Shown one piece after another: positions 51,901 to 64,000 of a stretch of DNA of 64,000 bases. Made by a program: the position numbers and the translations under genes. The notes beneath the pieces are model-generated. The model was not told where the DNA came from. It saw nothing but the letters and a program-made list of their open reading frames with translations, and searched no databases. Position 1 is the stretch's first letter. Every line of letters starts with the position of its first letter. The DNA is from Antedon mediterranea (lineage: Eukaryota; Animalia; Echinodermata). The stretch is taken from assembly GCF_964355755.1 (NCBI RefSeq), contig NC_092675.1, positions 12,147,812 through 12,211,811 on the forward strand, given 5' to 3'.

Positions 51901-52124
51901 TTAGTTTACTACTGTATATATCTTTTGATTATAGATGCTTGAAACAACTATAATTATGAGTTGAATGGAATACAAAAATTGTAAAGTAAATTAAAATAAT
52001 AATAAAAAAAAAAGAAATTTGGCCCACTGTAAAACCAATATAATTATCCAGAACTTATAGTAAACAGGTTATTTATTTGTTACTGTTAATCCCATTTGGG
52101 CTGCTAGTGACCTATATTGGGGTA

Positions 52125-54842
52125 TGTTGAACACACAAATGTGAAAACGCCCACAAATGTGAAAACAACCACAAATGTGAAAATGCATCACCCACAAATG
52201 TGAAAACAACCACAAATGTGAAAATGCATCACCCACAATGTGAAAACAAACAAAAATGTAAAAACGCATCACCCACAAATGTGAAAACAGCGCCCATAAA
52301 TGTGAAAATGATCATCGCCCACAAATGTGATAACGCCCACAAATGTAAAAAAAAGAGATATTTTTTCGCCCACAAATGTAAAAAAAATTCAAATCAAATT
52401 CATTGCTAGACCCAAACAAATTTGATCGAGTTAATGTTACTGTATTTATGCATTATATCGAGTTGTTTCAATAATTTTGTATTCACGATACGTCTGTTAG
52501 GGTCGTCGTTAATGCGTTGGATTATTACCATTTGCTGCTCGTTTGTGCGATATTTACATGTAACTCGTTGGTTAAATGTACTGTAAGTAATAGTTCAAGA
52601 CGATATTTGTTATTTGCTGCGCGCATGCACGATACTCCAAGATCAAGGCAATATTATATAATTGTTGCTTGTAGTGTGCAGTTGTTAACTCGTTGGCTTA
52701 CTATTATGTACGTATAGTTCCAAGTCGATTTTCGATGTTTTTTGCGCGCGCACACGATACTACAAGGTCAAGGTTAAATATACCATTGCTACTTGTAGTG
52801 TTTGGTTGTTAACTCGTTGTAATATGTACGTATAGTTCGAAGTCGATGTTCGATTCGATGTTTTTTGCGAACGATACTACAAGGTCAATGTCATACTATT
52901 GCTGCTTGTATGTAGTATTTTGTTGTTAACTCGTTGTCTTACTGTTATGTAGGTATAGTTCCAAGTCGATGTTCGATGTTTTTTGCGCGCGCACACGACA
53001 CTACAAGGTCAAGGCTATATATACCATTGCTACTTGTAGTGTTTGGTTGTAACTCGTTGCCTTACTGTTATGTACGTTATAGTTCCAAGTCGATGTTCGA
53101 TTCGATGTACATTTAATCATTAACAAGATATCTTAGTTTTAAATAGAGCTATCTTAGTTTTAAATAGAGATATCTTAGTTTTAAATAGAGATATTTTAGT
53201 TTTAAATAGAGATATCTTAGTTTTAAATAGAGATATCTTAGTTTTAAATAGAGATATCTTAGTTTTAAATAGAGATATCTTAGTTAATCGACTACATACT
53301 TACAGTTCCGTCGGTAATCACTACAGTTTTAAAAATTGAAGTTAATTTATGTTATTAAACACCATCATTTTACAGAAGTTTAGGTTTAGGTTTAAACAAG
53401 AAATTTTTCTTACAAAAAACACCGCTCGACTTTTTTGACGTAACAGTTTTAATTATCAACTGGAAAACTATTAGTTTTATGTTGCACCAAAAAAATACAT
53501 ACACAATTAGTATAAATACCTTTAGTTTGTTTATGTATTTTTTGGTTAACGAAAAGTAATAATTTTCCAGTTAATTATATTCGGAACCAGGTGAATTTAT
53601 TTAATAGTTTTTTATTTTTCTGTTGTCATTATATGATATTTTTTTAACTAGCTTATCAATCAATTAGTTGAATCAAACAATCTACTTTTACTTCAGAACA
53701 AAGTCCATGGCTTACTGATGTATAGAACAAACGTATAATTTTAAACTAAACTATAGTACTTTGCATATTCCGGTGTAGGGGCGGAACAGTAAGCCAACGA
53801 GTTAACAACCAAATACTACAAGTAGCAATGGTGTATAGCCTTGACCTTGTAGTATCGTGTGCGTGCGCAGAAAACATCGAACATCGACTTGGAACTATAC
53901 GTACATAACAGTAAGCCAACAAGTTAACAACTACACACCACAAGCAACAATAATATAATAATTATGGCCTTGACCTTTTAGCATCGTGTGCGCGTGCAAA
54001 AAACATCGAACATCGACTTGGAACTATACGTACATAACAATAAACCAACGAGTTAACAACCACACACTATAAGTAGCAATAGAAAATATGACCTTGACCT
54101 TGTAGTATCGTGCGCAAAAAACATCGAATCGACCATCAACTTGGAACTATACGTACATAACAGTAAGCCAACGAGTTAACAACCAAACACCATAAGTAGC
54201 AATGGTATATATGATCTTGACCTTGTAGAATCGTGTGCGCGCGCGCAAAAGACATCGGACATCGACTTGGAACTACACGTACATAATAGTAAACCAACGA
54301 GTTAACAACTACACACTACAAGCAAAAATGATATAATATTGCCTTGCCCTTGAAGTATCGTGCACGCGCGCAGCAAATAACAAATATCGTCTTGAACTAT
54401 TACGTACATTAAACCAACGAGTTAACAATGTTAACAATGCAAATATCGCGCGCACAAGCAGCAAAATAGTAATAATCCAACGCGATAACTACGACCCTAA
54501 CAGACGTATCATGAACACAACTCAATTATAATCATGATATATTAACTCGGAAAAATTGTTTTGAGTCTTGCACTAAATTTGATTTGATTTTTTTTTTTGA
54601 CATTTGTGGGCGAAAAAGTCTCTCTTTTTTTTTTACATTTGTTGTGGGCGATGATCGTTTTCACATTTGTGGGCGCTGTTTATTACATTTGTGGGTGATG
54701 CGTTTTCACATTTGTGGTTGTTTTCACATTGTGGGTGAAGTGTTTTCACATTTGTGGTCGTTTTCACATTTGTGGGTGATACGTTTTCACATTTGTGGTC
54801 GTTTTCACATTTGTGGTCGTTTTCACATTTGTGGGTTCAACA
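52125..54842. mobile_element. 2.7-kb foldback element with TGT..ACA termini and 5-bp TSD (Ginger-like)
   Basis: TGTTGAAC.CACAAATGTG / CACATTTGTGGGTTCAACA; GGGTA at 52120-24 and 54843-47; ~1-kb inverted arms built of 19-23-bp and ~120-bp tandem units; central 21-bp array 53126-53285. Confidence 0.88.
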
Positions 54843-55034
54843 GGGTACCTGTACAGTACAGCCACAGTGACTTGAATTAACATTCTTGGTTTGGTGACCA
54901 GATGCTTTTAGCACAGTTCAGTTAAAATATTGAAAGGCTACTATATTAAACCAGTTTACACTCTAAACTGAGAGAGCAACAAAATTTATCACCAACTGTG
55001 GAATTTTCAAAGGAAACTGCCATGTTTCTTATTT

Positions 55035-58000
55035 TTAGTTATCCGCTTGGTATACCAAGCGGATAACTCCTTGTTATTGTATGAGATCAACATTTCTTTT
55101 TGGTTATCCGCAACTTAGTAGTTGCGGATAACCCTTGTTATTGTATATATCTTTTTTTTTTTTTTCATCTTCTTTATTAGTTATCCGCATTGAGCGGATA
55201 ACTCCTTGTAATCGTCCTGGATCTTTTTCTGCTTCTTTCTTTCTCCCCCATTTTTGTGCAGAACGTATCTCAAAAACTTGTAAACATAACATTTCCTAAC
55301 TTTGTCAACATATGGGCATTTACGTGAAGTTGTGCACCTCCTATTTTTGAATGACGTCGGAGTTGCGCAACATGACTTACGCGCGATTTTATGATTTTTT
55401 ATGATTGATCATAGACTAAAAACCAAGCATAATTTTGTTTTGACACTTTGTGAAAATTTAAGTCATATCAGGGGCAAACTTTTTGTGGATTAAAAATGGC
55501 ACGTTTTACAAGAATTTACGCGCGCACGCGTATTTAAAATTTCAAATTGCGCAAAATTAATTTCTAATCAACTTTTTACGCAATTCATGACATTTTGCGC
55601 ATGTAAAAAATTCCCACGTGCGCGCAAATTTTTACGCACGCGGTGGCGAACGTAGCGCTAAAACGTCTTTTTTTTGCGTGAATTATGTTTTATAAGCCTT
55701 TTATAGTAATTTGCTCAATTTTTATACAATTTCTACTTAAAATTACGTCATACGAGCACGTCGAATTGTTCAATTTGCACGCCTTTATAATGAAAAAGTT
55801 CAACAATTTGTCAAAATTATGCCTTTTTTTAAACAGTCATAGATTCTAAACTACGAGGTAAACTTTTTTTTAATTACATATTCTGGAAGTTGATGAGTTG
55901 TAGATATCGGATCATGAATCAATATGGCTAACCGGACAGTGTGACATCATCGTATGGCCACACGAATGTAAAATATAGGATTTTTGTCTCTTTTGTTATT
56001 GCTCATCACATTCAACAGAGCGCATCTCGCTTATACGTATTCCATTTCCCCCGAGATTTTAATATTGTCTCCGTCAATCAACTATCTTTCGCATGAGTTA
56101 AATATATTTTAATTTTTCTAACGTCATCATGTCTAAAAATGTAAATAACGTGGGTCACATATTTTCATCTTTACAGTAAATTTCAATCTGTTATACCGTA
56201 GCTCGTCAGAATAAAAAGTGATAATCATGATTACAACGTTTTCTGGAAGCTATTAGATTGTAGATACGAATTCATGTAAACATTTTGCCAATCGGATGTT
56301 CTGACGTCATCATATGGCCAGTTGAATAAAAAAAGTCGTATTTTCATATTTTACGTAATAGTTCATCACATTTAAAAGGGCGCGCATCTATATTTTACGT
56401 ATTCAAATTTCTTCTACACTTTAATATGTTGTTCCTGAGATAATTTCCTTCCGAAATTGCTATCTAAGTGTTCCATTTTGATACCGTCGCCATGTTAAAA
56501 ATTTGAATAAATGGCGGGTCCAGTAATTTCACCTATTCTACACTGTATATATGTATACAGATTATTCTGTTTGCACTGTATACTATATGACACAAAATTG
56601 ACAAAATTCAGCACTAACAGCATATCATATTCTTCAGTTCTTGTCATAATGCCATAATCTTTATCTGTGTGCAATATTCCAACGTATGACGTGCACGTGG
56701 CGTTTGTCGTGGTGCGGATAACTAACTCGTCAAAGTGACGAGTTTCATGTCTAGTTCTTCTTTCTTTCCCGGAATTTTGTTGCACGCATATCTCTCATCC
56801 TTGTCAACATAAGATTGTATAACTTGGTCATCATATAGACATTTACTTGAAGTTGTGCACCTCCATATTTTGAATAACGTCAGAGTTGCGCAACGTGACT
56901 TACGCGCAATTTTATGAATTTCAATGATTGATCATAAGATAAAAAATAAAAGTCACTTTGAATTGACACTTAGTGAAAATTTAAGTCATATCAAGGGCAA
57001 AATTTCTATGGATTAAAAATGGCATGTTTTACAAGAAGTTACGCGCGCACGCGCATTTAAAATTTCAAAATGCGCAAAATTAATTTCTAATCAACTTTCT
57101 ACGCTGATCATGACATTTTAAGCATGTCAAAAATTCCCGCGCGCGCAAACAAATTTATGCGTATGGTGCACACGGTGCATGAAAATCATGTTTTTTTCTC
57201 TTGAATTATGATTTTCCAGCCTTTCCTAGTCATTTTAAAAAAGATTGACATCATTTCATACGAACACGTTGATTTAGACAATTTGCGTGCGTTTTAGTTG
57301 CAAAAAAGACAAAATATTGTCAAAATTATGCTTACTTTGAATCTATTATAGCTCCTCAGGATCAACCGTTACCCCCATTTTTTAAAATGTAATATGTAAG
57401 CAGATATGTTGTAGATATGAATTCATGCAGAATCTTTAACCCTCGGATGTTATGACGTCATCGTATGGCCAAACAAATGTAAAATATTGGATTTTTTACT
57501 GTTTCGTTATTGCTCATTACATTAAATAGAGCGCATATCGCTTATACGTATTCCATTTCCTCATATATTTTAATACTGTCTAGGTCAATCAACTATCTTT
57601 CGCATGAGTTAAAAATATTTCAATTTTTATGACGTCATCATGTCTAAAAATGTAAATAACGTGGGTCACTTATTTTATCTTTACAGTAAATTTCAATCAA
57701 TTATAGCTCGTCAGAGTTAAAGTGATAATCATTATTAAAACGTTTTCTTGAAGCTATTGGATTGTAGATACGAATTGTCATCATATGGCCAGTTGAATTC
57801 AAAAAGTCATATTTTCACCTCTTGCGTAAAAGTTTATTGCATTTAAACTAGAGCGCATCTCACTTTTACGTGACCAAAATTCTTCAAATTTGTATTAATG
57901 TAATTAATTAGATAATTATCTTCTAAAATTGTTATTTTTATGTCAATTTGATGATGTCATCGTGTTAATAATTGGATTTAAAAGATGGGTCTCGAAATTC

Positions 58001-60620
58001 CGTCTATGCTACACTGTATATAACATACAGTGTATTCTGTAAATACTGTAACATGATGTATGCTACAAAATAGGTACAATTTAGATATGTAAACATATTT
58101 ATTTCATGTCATAGGATGGTATAATAATTGTCGAGGTTCGTATAGTTTAAAGTATGTGCATGTTGCGTATGCGCGGATAACCCGAACTCGTCAAAGTGAC
58201 GAGTTCAAATCTAGTCTGTATTATTAGTTATCCGCACTTGGCGGATAACTCCTTGTTATTGTATGGGATCTTTTTCCTTTTCTGTATTATTCTTCTGTCT
58301 TTCTTCCTTTTTTTGTGAGCCCTGTTTCTCTAAAATGTGTAAACAGAACATATCGTAACTTTGTCAAAATATAGACATTTACGTGAAGTTGTGCACCTCC
58401 TATTTTTGAAAAACGTCAGAGTTGCGCAACGTGACTTGCACGCAATTTTATGAATTTAAATGATTGATCATAGATTAAAATCCAAAAGTCGATTTGTATT
58501 GAGACTTGGTGAAAATTTATTTTATATCAAGAGTCAATTTTCTGTGGATTAAAAATGGCATGTTTCACACAAAGTTACGCGCGCACGCGCATTTAAAATT
58601 TCAAAATGCGCAAAATTAATTTCTAATCTGACTTTCTACGCGTTTCATGTAATTTTAAGCATGTCAAAAATTCCCACGCGCCCGCAAATTTTTACGTGCG
58701 CGGTGCGCATGTAGCGTTGAAAACATATTTTTTTCTCGTGATTTATGTTTTTCTAGCTTTTTTTAGTAATTTTAACAACTTTTAAACAATTTCGACTTAA
58801 AATCACGTCATATGAGTCGAATTGAACAATTTGTGCGCTTTTTTGATGAAAAAGTTCAAAAATTTGTCAAAATTATGCCTTTTTTTTAAACAGTCGTAAT
58901 TTCTAAACTGGACGGTCAACTTTTTGTGGATAACATATTCTGGAAGTGGATTAGTTGTATATATCGGATCATGTATTAATATGGCTAACCGGACATTATG
59001 ACGTTATCGTATGGCCACGCAAATACAAAATAAAGGATTTTTGTATCTTTCGTTATAGGTCATCACATTTAATAGAGCGCATCTCAACTTAGCCGTTTAG
59101 CCGTTTTCCATCTTCACCCCGATTTTGATATTGTCTAGGTCAATCAACTATCTTTCGCATGAGTTAAAAGTATTTTAATTTTTATGACGTCATCATGCCT
59201 AAAAATTTTAATTACGTGTGGCATTAATTTCATCTTTACAGTAAATTTTGATCTGTTATAGCTCGTAAGAATAAAATGTGATAATCACGATTAAAACGTT
59301 TTCTAGTTAGCTATTGGATTGTAGATAGCAAATCATGTGAAAATTTTGCCAATCGGATGTTGTGACGTCATCATATGACCAGTTAATTAAAAAAAGTCGT
59401 ATTTTCATCTTTTGCGTCATAATTTATTACATTTAAAAGAGCGCGTTTCATGTCATTTTGAGCATGTCAAAAATTCCCACGGGCGCGCAATTTTCTACGC
59501 ACGCGGTGCGCACGTAGCGATAAAAACATATTTTTTTCTCTTGAATTATATTTTTCAAGCCTTTCCTAGTAATTTTGAAAACAATTTAGACCTTTTTCAG
59601 TTTAAATAACGCCATACGAACACGTTGAATTAGACAATTTGTGCGCGTTTTTTATGAAAAAGCTTAAAAAATCATCAAAATAATGTCTTTTTTTAAACAG
59701 TCATAGTTTCTAAAGTAAACCGTGAACCGTTTATTTTTATTAAAAAATCTAGAAGTTGATGAGTTGCAGATATCGGATCATGCATTGATAAGGCTAAAAA
59801 AACATTGTGACGTAATCGTATGGCCACACGAATGTAAAATATAGGATTTTTGTCTGTTTCGTTATTGCTCATCACATTCAATGGAGCGCATCACGCTTAT
59901 CTGTATTCCTTTTTCTCCTATATTTATATATTGTCTAGGTCAATCAACTTTCTTTAGCATGAGATAAAAATATTTTAATTTTTATAACGTCAACATGCCT
60001 AAAAATTTTAATTACGTAGGTCATTAATTTCATCTTTACAGTAAATTTTAATCTGTAATAGCTCGTAAGAATAAAATGTGATAATCACGATTAAAACGTT
60101 TTCTGGAAGCTATAGGATTGTAGATCTATACGAATTCATGTAAACATTTTGCCAATCGGATGTTGTGACGTCATCATATTGCCAGTTGAATAAAAAAAGT
60201 CGTATTTTCATATTTTGCGTAATAGTTCATCACATTTAAAAGGGTGCGCATCTATATTTTACGTATTCAAATTTCTTCTACACGTTAATATGTTGTTCCT
60301 GAGATAATTTCCTTCTGAAATTGCTATTTAAGTGTTTCATTTTGATACCGTCGCCATGTTAAAAATTTGAATAAATGGCGAGTCCCGTAATTTCACCTAT
60401 TCTACACTGTATGTAATATGTATACAGATTATACTGTTTGCATGTATACTATATGACACAAAATTGACAGAATTCAGCACAAACAGCATATCATATTCTT
60501 CAGTTCTTGTCATAATGCCATAATCTTTATCTGTGTGCAATATTCCAACGTATGACGTGCACGTGGCGTTTGTCGTTGTGCGGATAACTAACTCGTCAAA
60601 GTGACGAGTTTCATGTCTAG
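55035..60620 (+). mobile_element. Nested stack of four HINE elements
   Basis: Hairpin heads at 55037, 55102, 55177, 58224; subTIR+hairpin+CTAG tails ending 56754, 58214, 60620; bodies mutually homologous; junction at 59445/46. Confidence 0.88.
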
Positions 60621-61263
60621 TTTATATTCATCACGCTGCTGCTCTAGCCCGATACATCACAAGAGATGACTCATTTATAAGCTGAAAGCAAGCAGCAGTT
60701 ATAGTACTAGAGACTGAAGTTTTTGCTAAAATGCATACTCGACTATAATTTATAGGTCCCAGCTGCTGGACCCAAAAAACGTCTAGGAAAAGAGTCTATG
60801 AGGGCTCACGGTTGAACGATTTTGGATTCTTGCCCTTTGATTGGTTGACGCGAATCAACAGATTGTGGAAGAATTTCCACTTGTACCAACTTGAAGTCAT
60901 GTTGTCTCTAGAGGGTATTCAGTTGCATGCCTACAGTTCAGGTTGAGGTCACAAACAGGCTACAGCACATTAAAGTTCAAAATTGATCATTTTTAAATGC
61001 CATTTTTGAATTAGTAGATTAATATTTGTTGACAAATAATACATTGTTGGAAAGGTACACATGTCTTCTTTCAAATGCTATGTATACAATTAACTAGTGA
61101 AAAAATGGGCATGTGATTCATAATTAAAGAACTATCTGTGATTTGTATGTATCTTTGCAATTAAAGGACATCTTTTTAATAATTAATCATAAATTAATCA
61201 AAAGAACAATGATTAATTTTAAAATGTCGAGCTGCGTTTTTTGTAAGATATATTTCTTGTAAT

Positions 61264-64000
61264 TTTTCGCGCCGCGGCTCTAGCCAGTTATGTCCCAGGA
61301 GGACACATTCATTAATAAGCTGTTTCATAGCGGTAGCTTTAGTATCTAAGGCTGACAGTTTTGTGAATTTGGAAACTCGAATATAATTTATAGGTAGCTG
61401 CTGGACCCAAAAAACGTCTGGGAGAAGAGAGTCTATATGAAAGCCTTTGCTGATAATACAGTATTATTGAGATGTAGACGGAAATCTGTAAAATCTTGTT
61501 CAATAAATAATAACTTCGTTTTTGCTGTCAACCAGGCCGGTATTATAATAAGTCACTGTCAAATAATCATTCGATAATGGTAAAAACTTTATTTTGGCTC
61601 TGTCAACATAAAGAGAGGTATTTACAATGACTTTCTTTTGACTGTCAATCTAGGCCAATGTTATAATAATACGCCGTCAGATATTAAATCATTGAAACAG
61701 TCCTGGTAAATTTTTTTTTTGGTTATCAGATGCCGTGGGGGGGGGGGGGTCTGTCCAATCAATTATCGTCAGAAGGTGAACAATCAGTCTAGGTAGCAGC
61801 AGCAGATTATTAGGAACACCTGCTCCATTAATTAATCCAGAAAAAGGTTTGTACATTATCTATTTGTTTATTAGCCTTCTCCTAACACAATTATATTTTC
61901 TTTAAAAAAAGGTTTATACATGGTTTCAACATTTATGATAGTAATGTCACAGTTCTGTGTCTGGACACAAGTTCATAGACCTACTAGTTATATTATTCAT
62001 ATTAACTGATACTTACTCTTCATTTACCGTAAAGTTCAGTTTTAATGAAATATATAATATAAATTGGCTTCGTAACAATTAATTAGTGTTGAAAAGGTTA
62101 GTTTTTTGGTGATAGGTGAAAATGACATGTAACTTTGTAATCAATTAATTTTTTTTTGTATAAAGGCCCAATTACACTATGACGATAACGACGGACGATA
62201 AATATATAGCATGCATTTTTTTTACATAAACCAAAAGAAATTAGAAAGGTTTTCGTTCTAGACCTATAGGATAATCATTTATGCTGTCTTTGATAAAAAT
62301 AATGTTTTTCAAATTCCAATCAAATGACGTCATGATAAATAAAAACAATAAAATCGCTGTATTGTCACGATATTATTGGTCTTACTAATCATGACGTCAT
62401 TTGATTGGACGTGTGAAAATATAATTTTCATCAAAGGAATTGTTTATATTTCTTTTGGTTTATGTATTAAAAATGCACATTTGTCTATTTATCGTCAATC
62501 GTTATCGTCCTAGTGTATGGGCCTTATGCTATAAATGTTCAATTAATTGATCATTCCGATTTTATTACTTGGACTCTTGCACAGTTGCTGTCTAATCGAT
62601 GTTGTGTAATATCATTTCGAACCATATTAAAATCATAAAGAGATTCATATTCCTTAACATGTGGCCGTGCATGGAAGTCCGGTCTACAAAAACTCGGGCC
62701 CGGGATCATTGTTATTGGGCCTGAAAGTGTTGGTGAATTCATAATTATACTTAATATTATATTTATATATATATATATATATATATAATTAATATATTAT
62801 TATACAATTGAAAGCAAAACCCGTTGATATCTCAAATCATTAGGACTAGAAATTTGGCTTATCAATCAAATAAATACTTTCATTCAAAATGAAACTCCAA
62901 CCTCTCTAATCAAAAGATTGAACTCGAAAACGGACCGTTTTTTTTAATTGGGTATGTTGAAACATTTCAATATTCATTTAAAAAAGTACATTAATTATGG
63001 TATTGATCAGTGGCTATAGAGGCGTAAAAACCCTCGGTCAATATCATGTAAAATGCACTGTGGAAGGGTCAAATATTAAGACTGCAAAATTGGGCTTATC
63101 AACAAATAAATACTTTCGTTCAAAATGTAAAATCAATTGGCTGAAAAATTGGGCTTATCAACAACAAAATATTTTATTATTAGACGCGATAACATCAAGG
63201 ATAATCAGTATAATTATTAATATAGCCACTGTTACTAGTTTTATTCTACATGCTAAAGTAAATAAAAATCCACTAGAAAACAAACAAGTCTGAATGTTAT
63301 GCTTATTAGCCATGTTATGTTTGTTACTGTAGGCCTATGATTGTTTGCAATGTCCACATATTATTTCCGTGGGCATATAGTGTATCACTCACAAAAAAGA
63401 CATGTGGGGTTCTTTCTTTAGATTTTGAAGAATGATTTGTGTTACAGGTTGACACATGAGTCAAATGCTCAAGATATCGGCTAACGCCATGGGACCCTTG
63501 GCTTATCAATGAATAATAAATACAGTACTAGGCCTACTTTCGTTCAATTGAAATCGGAATCTGACTGTTTCATTAAATTGGGTGTGATTAGGCCTAAACA
63601 TATAATAATTTATTAAAAAGGTGCAATAAAAACAAATGCATCAGAGGCGTAAAGAACCCACGGTCAATATCATGTAAAATGTATATGGTATAAGCACTTT
63701 GGAAGGGGTCATTGTTATTAAACTGGAAAATTCGGCTTATCAACAAATAAATAATTTCGTTTAAAATGTAAAATAAGACTGCAAAATTGGGCTTATCAAC
63801 AAATAAATAATTTCGTTCAAAATGTAAAATAAGACTGCACAATTGGGCTTATCAACAAATAAAATACTTTTTTTTCAAAATGTAAAATTAAGACTGGAAA
63901 ATTGGGCTTATAAACAAATAAATACTTTTTTTCAAAATGTAAGAAAACATTTTTTAAATATAATCCTTAAGCTCTGTCTATACTATCAAACTAAATATGA
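61264..64000 (+). repeat. Copy 2 of direct duplication of 3872-6506 (runs off window)
   Basis: Colinear with copy 1, differing by small indels and one extra minisatellite unit. Confidence 0.95.

Noticed and set aside
52069-52124. Possible minus-strand terminal exon VPQYRSLAAQMGLTVTNK* with CAG acceptor once the foldback is removed
   Set aside because: Only 18 codons, no recognisable homology (not ASNSD1 or its upstream ORF), weak polypyrimidine tract.
52130-52380. CACAAATGTGAAAAC repeats with short variable spacers resembling a CRISPR array
   Set aside because: Spacers only 4-10 bp and mutually similar, mirrored at 54600-54835 as part of a TIR; no cas genes; eukaryotic context.
52620-54420. 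~120-bp repeats with Cys/Tyr-rich short ORFs
   Set aside because: Frames are not conserved between units; non-coding repeat modules of the foldback arms.

Overview
AT-rich eukaryotic (metazoan, invertebrate-like) DNA made up almost entirely of transposable elements; no prokaryotic genes, tRNA/rRNA or CRISPR array are supportable. The only recognisable host coding sequence is two phase-0 minus-strand exons resembling ASNSD1 (43174-43296, 42584-42709), with no partner exons that I could find. Retroelements: a near full-length RTE-type LINE (20420-23863, minus) interrupted by an L2 fragment, two CR1/L2-group fragments and a candidate Penelope-type minimal hammerhead motif. DNA elements with termini and TSDs read directly from the sequence: a TA-targeting CCGTA-ended Tc1/mariner (Tc2-like) MITE family (5 copies), PIF/Harbinger-type elements, a hAT-like element with 5-bp TSD, a TGT..ACA foldback, a CAG..CTG element with TAAT TSD, and many Helentron/DINE-like (HINE) copies. 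Most notable: a 3.5-kb segment shared by two unrelated transposon superfamilies, a self-nesting HINE stack with co-varying termini, recurrent TA-anchored micro-insertions resembling excision footprints, and a >2.6-kb duplication 57 kb apart. All alignments were done by eye; superfamily labels are inferences from terminal/TSD signatures.
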